Shown piece after piece: positions 60,901 to 64,000 of a stretch of DNA of 64,000 nt. The position numbers and the translations under genes are program-made. Each line of letters starts with the position of its first letter. Position 1 is the first letter of the stretch. Below the pieces are notes generated by a model, which saw only the letters and a list, made by a program, of their open reading frames with translations, did not search any database and had not been told where the DNA came from. Origin of the DNA: Octopus vulgaris (taxonomy: Eukaryota); assembly GCA_951406725.2 (NCBI GenBank), contig OX597814.1, forward strand, positions 165,664,001 through 165,728,000, read 5' to 3'.

Positions 60901-60920
60901 TCATTACAGGGAAAACAAAG
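3248..60920 (+). CDS. DNAH3: Axonemal inner-arm dynein heavy chain, DNAH3-like (partial gene, 27 exons in window, 1392 aa)
   Basis: 27 exons with AG/GT boundaries splice in compatible phase without stops. Motifs include [36 protein letters not shown]-loop [62 protein letters not shown] and [38 protein letters not shown] and LQPVPW favour DNAH3 over DNAH7/12 (recalled, not searched). Dynein identity is near certain; orthology is less so. Confidence 0.85.
3633..4090 (-). mobile_element. Solo LTR (family A, copy 1)
   Basis: TGTA...TACA termini, exact 4-bp TSD AAGG on both sides, homologous along its length to 39114..39559 in inverted orientation. Confidence 0.88.
4318..4530 (+). mobile_element. 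SINE family 1, tail B ending in (TTA)n
   Basis: Same head/core; further degraded copies at 1..92, ~1530..1710, ~16013..16160(-), ~28255..28440, ~43625..43790(-), ~55340..55520, ~55545..55760, ~58000..58210. Confidence 0.85.
4573..5051. mobile_element. Non-coding 479-bp insertion inside a (TTA)n tract
   Basis: GC-richer block with sharp boundaries, (TTA)n at 4528..4572 and TTATTATTATT at 5052. Confidence 0.6.
5334..5464 (+). CDS. DNAH3: Dynein HC exon 2 ([12 protein letters not shown]...[14 protein letters not shown])
   Basis: ttttAG/GTaagt, 131 nt, phase 0-2, matches next exon phase. Confidence 0.82.
6309..6541 (+). mobile_element. tRNA-derived SINE family 1 (Deu/Nin-like core), tail A
   Basis: A/B-box head, core GACTTTGCCTTTCATCCTTTCGGGGTCGATAAA, 14-bp TSD ATGTGTGACGACTG. 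Confidence 0.92.
7060..7180. repeat. (TACA)n/(CA)n compound microsatellite
   Basis: Direct reading. Confidence 0.9.
7372..8243 (+). mobile_element. Mariner transposon, internally deleted and pseudogenised
   Basis: TIRs TTGGGTCATCCCATAAATAATGC / GCATTATTTAAGGGATGACCCAA, TA flanks; [13 protein letters not shown]...RWF*KF...[10 protein letters not shown]-terminus and a decayed C-terminal block. Confidence 0.9.
8294..8346. repeat. (TA)n microsatellite
   Basis: Direct reading; another at 48879..48937. Confidence 0.95.
8859..9272. mobile_element. Probable non-autonomous DNA element with internal CCCTAA telomere-like repeats
   Basis: Begins GGGATCTTTTC..TTTGAACGGC; degenerate (CCCTAA)n at ~9157..9196; right end appears truncated. 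Confidence 0.45.
11646..11905 (-). mobile_element. RTE-associated retroposon 3' end with (GAT)n tail and internal GTGCTTTTTACGTGCCACCGGCA repeats
   Basis: Near-identical to 15668..15958; older copies at ~17014, 19925, 30986, 32581, 59196. Confidence 0.75.
12392..12620 (-). mobile_element. SINE family 1, tail A
   Basis: Reverse copy, TSD (CCG)GAAGAAATACC. Confidence 0.9.
12954..14530 (-). mobile_element. hAT (Buster/Charlie, ZBED8/SCAND3-like) transposase pseudogene, truncated
   Basis: Frameshifted ORFs [24 protein letters not shown] and [19 protein letters not shown]; TIR-like CAACGGTTCTCAAACTTTT next to the 8-mer GTTTAGTG (nnnTAnnn); other end not found. Confidence 0.85.
15432..15627 (+). 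CDS. DNAH3: Dynein HC exon 3 (ENQLQKQHD...LEVLKKE)
   Basis: ttgcAG/GTagga, 196 nt, phase 2-0. Confidence 0.85.
15668..15958 (-). mobile_element. Same RTE-associated retroposon 3' end
   Basis: CATCGTTTAACGTCCGTTTTCCATGCTAGCATGGGTTGG...GGATGCCCTTCCTAACGCCAACC. Confidence 0.75.
18044..18238 (+). CDS. DNAH3: Dynein HC exon 4 ([11 protein letters not shown]...EPYERLW...WMNGP...EVDQE)
   Basis: ttAG/GTaata, 195 nt, phase 0-0; INxEE and PYxxLW...W..GP tail motifs. Confidence 0.88.
21190..21390 (+). repeat. Old dispersed repeat ending in a (CAA)n-like tail (SINE/LINE 3' end)
   Basis: AAATC..CTCAAATCACACCCT...CCTTTGATCATAGGTCTGCT motif recurs at ~10400, 20620, 26840, 31290, 34130, 48045, 49245, 51570, 56185, 61115. 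Confidence 0.65.
21497..21781. mobile_element. Possible TTAA-type MITE
   Basis: TTAA-CTGCCACATGTACTACTGG ... CCAGTAATAGACTGTAGCAG-TTAG imperfect TIRs. Confidence 0.45.
21791..22217 (-). mobile_element. tRNA-derived SINE family 2 with internal (TA)/(TG) microsatellite
   Basis: Head TAGGCGTAG..GTGGCTGTGTGGTAAG...GGTTCAGTC, CCTTGGGCAAGTGTCTTCT box, tail GACTGAAACAAGTAAAAGA. Confidence 0.85.
22269..22457 (+). CDS. DNAH3: Dynein HC exon 5 ([11 protein letters not shown]...[17 protein letters not shown])
   Basis: tttcAG/GTagct, 189 nt; CNPGxxxRHW motif. Confidence 0.92.
22690..22818 (+). CDS. DNAH3: Dynein HC exon 6 ([10 protein letters not shown]...ANKEFALEK)
   Basis: tttAG/GTgagt, 129 nt, phase 0-0. 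Confidence 0.92.
23024..23243. mobile_element. piggyBac-type MITE
   Basis: T(C)AA-CTCTTTAGCATTC...GAATGCTACAAGA-TTAA; homologous to 62852..63055. Confidence 0.72.
24283..24483 (+). CDS. DNAH3: Dynein HC exon 7 (ALSKMKDDW...LLDDHIVKT...EWGYNL)
   Basis: ttttcAG/GTgagt, 201 nt. Confidence 0.93.
25153..25292 (+). CDS. DNAH3: Dynein HC exon 8 ([24 protein letters not shown]...)
   Basis: tttcAG/GTaaat, 140 nt, phase 0-2; WLYLEPIF motif. Confidence 0.94.
27125..27345. mobile_element. piggyBac-type MITE (second family)
   Basis: TTAA-CCCTTTTCATTACCA...TGGTATCAAGAG-TTAA. Confidence 0.6.
27507..27597 (+). CDS. DNAH3: Dynein HC exon 9 (KQIMSTAKQ...MLEKLQYSV)
   Basis: ctttAG/GTaaat, 91 nt, phase 2-0. 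Confidence 0.88.
29134..29526 (-). mobile_element. SINE family 2
   Basis: Homologous to 21791..22217; partial copies at ~748..980, ~10711..10977, ~18620..18978, ~20220..20390. Confidence 0.85.
29600..29920 (+). mobile_element. tRNA-derived SINE (related head, different tail)
   Basis: TGGCTTAGCGG A box and GTTCAATTCC B box; another tRNA-headed element follows at ~30036..30420. Confidence 0.65.
30555..30622 (+). CDS. DNAH3: Dynein HC exon 10 ([23 protein letters not shown])
   Basis: ccccAG/GTaagt, 68 nt, phase 0-2. Confidence 0.94.
31742..32208 (+). mobile_element. Nested SINEs: family 1 tail A (31771..32007) inside an older family 1 tail B copy
   Basis: 13-bp TSD AGAATTGTTAGCA duplicates part of the host SINE head. 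Confidence 0.88.
32243..32471 (+). CDS. DNAH3: Dynein HC exon 11 ([32 protein letters not shown]...VEKWLQQ)
   Basis: tttcAG/GTaagt, 229 nt, phase 2-0. Confidence 0.95.
32916..33148 (+). mobile_element. SINE family 1, tail A
   Basis: TSD AAGAAGATATA. Confidence 0.9.
33566..33718 (+). CDS. DNAH3: Dynein HC exon 12 (VEHAMKLS...WPGQIVL...WTAEITK)
   Basis: ttcAG/GTtggt, 153 nt. Confidence 0.93.
34580..34718 (+). CDS. DNAH3: Dynein HC exon 13 (AIEKGSIQ...[13 protein letters not shown])
   Basis: tgtAG/GTaaga, 139 nt, phase 0-1. Confidence 0.94.
35290..35630 (+). mobile_element. CR1-type LINE 3' fragment
   Basis: [10 protein letters not shown]...[17 protein letters not shown]...SFK ORF2 C-terminal signature followed by 3'UTR. 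Confidence 0.8.
35937..36135 (+). CDS. DNAH3: Dynein HC exon 14 (ARDIES...[21 protein letters not shown])
   Basis: attAG/GTgagc, 199 nt, phase 1-2. Confidence 0.95.
36624..36732 (+). CDS. DNAH3: Dynein HC exon 15, AAA1 Walker A ([36 protein letters not shown])
   Basis: tttAG/GTagga, 109 nt, phase 2-0. Confidence 0.96.
36809..37133 (+). mobile_element. tRNA-derived SINE family 3
   Basis: A box TGGCTCAGTGG, B box GCTCGAATCC, TSD AGTAAATGT; decayed reverse tail at ~46360..46510. Confidence 0.82.
38056..38386 (+). mobile_element. Short retroposed element with (GAT)n tail and 17-bp TSD
   Basis: Exact TSD ATTTTTAGTTATCAGCT at 38039..38055 and 38387..38403. Confidence 0.85.
38549..38668 (+). CDS. 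DNAH3: Dynein HC exon 16, AAA1 Walker B ([12 protein letters not shown]...[11 protein letters not shown])
   Basis: ttacAG/GTaagt, 120 nt. Confidence 0.96.
39114..39559 (+). mobile_element. Solo LTR (family A, copy 2)
   Basis: TGTAGTG...GTTACA, exact 4-bp TSD AATT, AATAAA near 39436. Confidence 0.88.
39852..39985 (-). mobile_element. Mariner 3' end remnant
   Basis: TA-CGAGGTCTGTCCAAA terminus; minus-strand [15 protein letters not shown] resembles a transposase C-terminus. Confidence 0.55.
40173..40481 (+). CDS. DNAH3: Dynein HC exon 17 (VLSVIAQQ...[19 protein letters not shown]...LCSEQ)
   Basis: tcaAG/GTacaa, 309 nt. Confidence 0.96.
40626..40720. repeat. (ATC)n imperfect microsatellite
   Basis: Direct reading. 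Confidence 0.9.
40838..41070 (+). mobile_element. SINE family 1, tail A
   Basis: 14-bp TSD AGAAACATGGTAAA. Confidence 0.9.
41170..41609. mobile_element. Nested SINEs: + copy tail B (41375..41588) inside the head of an older - copy
   Basis: 15-bp imperfect TSD ATTCTGTCAGTTCAC / ATTCTACCAGTTCAC; host head resumes TGCCTT. Confidence 0.82.
41734..42118 (-). mobile_element. Non-autonomous Helitron (385 bp)
   Basis: Minus strand reads A|TCTCTCTATATATAAA ... GC-rich hairpin CCTGAGCAACGCCGGG ... CTAG|T; AT target, no TSD. Confidence 0.82.
43021..43164 (+). CDS. DNAH3: Dynein HC exon 18 ([14 protein letters not shown]...DVNLPK)
   Basis: tgtAG/GTaaga, 144 nt. Confidence 0.95.
44230..44394 (+). CDS. 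DNAH3: Dynein HC exon 19 ([19 protein letters not shown]...EKIIQ)
   Basis: tgcAG/GTattc, 165 nt. Confidence 0.95.
44730..45285 (+). mobile_element. Mariner deletion derivative (second family)
   Basis: TIR TTGGGTTGTCCGGAAAGTT / AACTTTCTGGACAACTCAG, TA flanks; MEDKKVHF fused to [28 protein letters not shown]. Confidence 0.9.
45484..45618 (+). CDS. DNAH3: Dynein HC exon 20, AAA2 P-loop ([22 protein letters not shown]...)
   Basis: gacAG/GTaaga, 135 nt. Confidence 0.95.
46898..46985 (+). CDS. DNAH3: Dynein HC exon 21 ([18 protein letters not shown]...EWTDG)
   Basis: tgcAG/GTaaac, 88 nt, phase 0-1. Confidence 0.95.
47461..47677. repeat. Degenerate minisatellite, ~22-25-bp unit AAACATT(G/A)TTATATGTTACATCAG
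   Basis: About nine diverged tandem units visible. Confidence 0.7.
47895..48025 (+). CDS. DNAH3: Dynein HC exon 22 (GVLANSFRE...[22 protein letters not shown])
   Basis: cttAG/GTaata, 131 nt, phase 1-0. Confidence 0.96.
48969..49148. repeat. ~54-bp inverted repeat around a decayed hammerhead-like motif (Penelope-like inverted pLTR or MITE)
   Basis: TATATTAGAAAAAATAAGGTACTCAGAAATCTGGATGGTTATATATTTACAGAT versus ATCTGTAAATATAAAACCATCCAGATTTCTGAGTATCTTATTTCTGCTAATATA. Confidence 0.8.
50240..50340 (+). CDS. DNAH3: Dynein HC exon 23 ([11 protein letters not shown]...ASPATVSR)
   Basis: tccAG/GTaaag, 101 nt, phase 0-2. Confidence 0.96.
50820..51460 (+). mobile_element. RTE-type LINE reverse transcriptase remnant
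   Basis: Decayed [48 protein letters not shown] and RKLGVDE segments. Confidence 0.72.
51759..51870 (+). CDS. DNAH3: Dynein HC exon 24 ([20 protein letters not shown]...)
   Basis: tttcAG/GTtagt, 112 nt, phase 2-0. Confidence 0.94.
51953..53216 (-). mobile_element. Mariner transposon, near full length and degenerate (same family as 7372..8243)
   Basis: Same TIR family, TA flanks, [16 protein letters not shown] (YSPDLAPSD-like) motif. Confidence 0.9.
53965..54178 (+). mobile_element. SINE family 1, tail B
   Basis: 15-bp TSD AATATA(G/C)AACTGGAT. Confidence 0.9.
55807..55940 (+). CDS. DNAH3: Dynein HC exon 25 ([14 protein letters not shown]...LLEEIR)
   Basis: cttcAG/GTaaat, 134 nt, phase 0-2. 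Confidence 0.9.
57262..57480 (+). CDS. DNAH3: Dynein HC exon 26 (HIGGPQDEM...FLFALVWSL...FQEFF...)
   Basis: tttcAG/GTgaaa, 219 nt, phase 2-2. Confidence 0.9.
57578..57976 (-). mobile_element. Solo LTR (family B)
   Basis: 8-bp terminal IR TGTGTAGT...ACTACACA flanked by CTT(T); on the minus strand TATATAAA (~57835) precedes AATAAA (~57646). Confidence 0.72.
58270..58703 (+). mobile_element. Mariner remnant (third family)
   Basis: [15 protein letters not shown] and [19 protein letters not shown] fragments plus a right TIR ending CCCCCTCA-TA; left boundary approximate. Confidence 0.75.
60347..60561. mobile_element. Mariner-type MITE (~215 bp)
   Basis: ~34-bp imperfect TIRs (AGGGGTAGCTGAAAAGTTTCTGGCTTTA / TAAAGCCAGGAACTTTTCAGCACCCCCTCGTA); a lone similar end lies at ~10656. 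Confidence 0.75.
60776..60920 (+). CDS. DNAH3: Dynein HC exon 27 ([21 protein letters not shown]...GSWRTW...TK)
   Basis: ggcAG/GTgatt, 145 nt, phase 2-0; gene continues beyond window. Confidence 0.92.
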
Positions 60921-62851
60921 GTGATTAAACCCGTTTTCATTATATTTGATAATTATTGGTTGAGGAATAATAATGTTTTGTTTTACCATTGTCAAAGACA
61001 CAGCAGCTGTTTGAGTCTAACACACGACTGACTTGTTATGTTAACAGTTAGAGTTCAAGCATTACTGCAAAAATCTAAAGTTATTTTTGATGTCGTTACG
61101 ATTCTTTTACCACAAGTCAGCTCAAATTGAGCAGATCTGTGATCAAGCATACAACTCCAAATCATTGGATTTTTGTTTAAACTGTAATGTATCCAGGACT
61201 ACATTATATTAGATATACAATTCTCCTCTTTTAACATCTTAGGGTATGAGCTGGCTGGATTTGAAGTGGGTGGCTAGCTATTGTTTATAGCCAATCAAGT
61301 AACCACCTTTCTTGAACCAGTTGTTTTGCATCTGGTGAAGTCACATAACACTTCCTGTTATGATTACTGATTCCATTTACTATCTGAGTAGTTATTAGCA
61401 AGAAAGGTACTCAACAGTAAAAAAAACAGTTGCTCAAACAACCAAATATTTTTTCAAAACATTCTCTCACCTTATTGGATAGGGAATGTCAACAAAACTA
61501 ATAATGCATGAAGAAAAGACATCATACATGAGTTGGGAGGATTTGCTGTAGAAGACTATGGTTAATATAGAACTTATGACTATATTTATGTGAAGAAGTG
61601 TTTGCAGTTTAATATATTACAAGAACACAAGAGGTGGAAGAAGATGCAGTTCAATTTATGGGATAAAAACGAAATAGATAATTACAAGCAAAGTGAGTGT
61701 TGTCATAATTGTATTGTTGTTGTTACAGTTATAGATTTTTGTTGTTACTGTAATAGCTTTTGTTGTATACCTTGTTCTTATCCTTGTTGATAGATACAAT
61801 CAGGCAGGCTTATTGATACATTAGGTTTATGGGTCTTGGAGGAGATGGGAATGTTGCTGTCAGCTGACAATAGATGTTTTTCAGATAGAGGTGAGATGTA
61901 GACTGCAAATTCTTAAAAGTATGTTGGCAGCATTGCTTTTGACCTGGCTGTAATATTACAATATTGTTATTAGTCGTGAAGATGTTATAGAAATGAGAAA
62001 AGTGTTACAGTAAGGCTACAAGTATTATAATAGTAGTGGTGTTTAGTAAGCAAGTTATAGTAGCACTTGTAGCAATGCATGATATAAACACCAATCCCAC
62101 CTTCAAAAAATGCCCTTCAAAACCTGTTTTTAAAAAATCAAGCTGAACAATCTTCTGAAACATATTCATTGATATAGATGTTCCTACAGTGTCATAAAGC
62201 ATATTAAATTGTGAAGTGTTAGGTATTTAAATATTAAAGAAGATATGGCTTTTTATATTTATCTCTAAATCTATAGAGAAGCTAATGCATGCTTTACTTT
62301 GGATAATAGTGTGCTTTCAAAACTCTATCCACCAGATTTTATCATACATGTATAACTCATATCTCAGTTGGATTCAAACATTTTAGAATTTATTCTCTTA
62401 TGTATTAATGAATGGGAAAAGCAAAGCACTTTACAAATGCTTTGCAGAAGAAAATAGATTGCCATTGAATCTCCATACCATAATAACAAGAGATAGCATT
62501 GGATGCAATCAAGGCTTCTAAAAATGTATTATAAGATGTTGTCAGTAAAATTCGTTTTTTCCCATTTATATTAATGCATTTCACAGAAAATTCAAATGAG
62601 TAAACTGGCTCTGTGATATAGCAATAATGAAAACTTCAGATCAAAGATGTGTTATTTGTCTGCATACATTTTGGCAATGCAAGACTGAAATACAGTTAAT
62701 GATCATGAAAATCAGCTAGCTCTTATAGACTAATGCTATGCAATTGCTCATAATCTATCTTTATAATACAAGTTCATTTTTGGTTTTTATGCAAACATGT
62801 TTTAATGTTTCTCAAACACATCTTTTAAAACTATACTTAGATGTCATTTAA

Positions 62852-63055
62852 CCCTTTAGCATTTAAACCAGTCATGTCTGGTCCAAATTTTCTACCTGTT
62901 TTATGTTCAAACCAGTCAGACCCAGCCTCTCACACTTCATCTACAATGTCATTCTAAAACTGAACAATCACATCATTGAAATCTTGAAGCCTTGAAGTAA
63001 TAAATGATTAATTCAAAACAATGTGAATAAATAAGGCAATCTGTATGTTAAATGG
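62852..63055. mobile_element. piggyBac-type MITE
   Basis: TTAA-CCCTTTAGCAT...ATGTTAAATGG-TTAA; homologous to 23024..23243. Confidence 0.75.
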
Positions 63056-63073
63056 TTAAGAACTATTATTATT

Positions 63074-63760
63074 CTATGTTTGACTTTTGCCTTATGTCTG
63101 TACAAGTTGGCTCCAAGTCTCACCCAGAGACCTCAAGAGACAACAGGTTGGAAGTTCTGTGCCATATATTTGGGGTTTTTTTTTTTTGGTGTTGTACTAG
63201 TGAATGTCTAATACATAAAAATAAAATTTAAAAAATAAAATAAAATAAAATAAATAAATAAATAAAATAAAAAAAGTTTGTTTTAAACCTTGGGATTACA
63301 TAGAGAGTATTTTGCGTAGGATATGAGCAGTTCCCATGAGCACTATCTTTTGAATTTCTGCCATTTTGGGGTTTCCTGGTATCTGAGTTAGGTAGCAATT
63401 AGTCCCTTTCGCTATCATTCCCAGGGCACCTATGACAACAGGTATTGTTTTAGTCTTCAGCTTCCACATTTTGCTGATTTCTATTTCAAGATCTTTATAT
63501 TTGCTCAGTTTTTGGTAGGTCTTGACAGATACGTTTATATCGATTGGGACAGTCATATCAATGAGGAGGCATGTTCTTTGTCTGAAGTCTTTCAATATGA
63601 TGTCTGGCCTATTTGCATCTATCTTCCTGTCAGTTTGAATGGTGAAGTTCCAGAGGAGTGAGATGTGGTCATTTTCAAGCACTGGAGGTGGATTATGTTC
63701 CCACCAGTTTTTTTCATGGGGCAAATCCAGGTTTTTGCAAATTACCCAGTGAATATATGA
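63074..63760 (-). mobile_element. 5'-truncated non-LTR retrotransposon with restriction-like endonuclease (R4/Dong-like)
   Basis: Uninterrupted frame YIHWVICK...WWEHNP..VLEN...LLWNFTIQTD...NRPDII...LLIDM...KLSKYKDL...PVVIGALG, then 3'UTR; (TAA)n on both sides. Confidence 0.85.
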
Positions 63761-63777
63761 ATTATTATTATTATTAT

Positions 63778-63820
<43 letters not shown>
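63761..63820. repeat. (TTA)n(CTA)n compound microsatellite
   Basis: Direct reading; abuts the R4/Dong-like fragment. Confidence 0.95.
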
Positions 63821-63822
<2 letters not shown>

Positions 63823-64000
63823 AGTTACCTTTTTTGGATTTTGATATTTTCCAGGGTTGAGATTCTAAGGATTTGAACCTTTCATTATTTTAATTCTTGA
63901 GGTTTCAGCATCCAAAGTTATGGTGTTTAAGGTTGTATGTTTCAAGATTAAGACCCAAACTCTTAAGAATGGTACTAGTCTATCTACAGGGAATTTATTT

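Overview
This is eukaryotic, AT-rich, microsatellite- and SINE-dense animal DNA; the repeat content points to an octopod cephalopod (Octopus-like; inference). The whole window lies inside one + strand gene, an axonemal inner-arm dynein heavy chain most similar to DNAH3. I traced 27 phase-compatible AG/GT exons (3248..60920; 4176 nt, 1392 aa, open at both ends) covering the distal tail, linker, AAA1 (GPAGTGKT), AAA2 and the AAA2-AAA3 junction. The introns hold several tRNA-derived SINE families with clear TSDs, three solo LTRs, mariner and hAT/Buster remnants, piggyBac-type MITEs, a non-autonomous Helitron, and RTE, CR1 and R4/Dong LINE fragments. Most interesting observations: (1) five decayed Penelope-type hammerhead-ribozyme motifs, one with a compensatory G3-C8 core and one inside an inverted repeat; (2) conserved Gly/Ser/Arg positions of the dynein that are genomically one A-to-G change from consensus, so candidate restorative A-to-I recoding sites; (3) a sharp CpG-rich to CpG-poor transition near 15.5-16 kb in mid-gene; (4) two SINE-into-SINE-head insertions and (TAA)n-embedded retroelements. 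Everything was read by eye with no database searches, and family names rest on recalled motifs.
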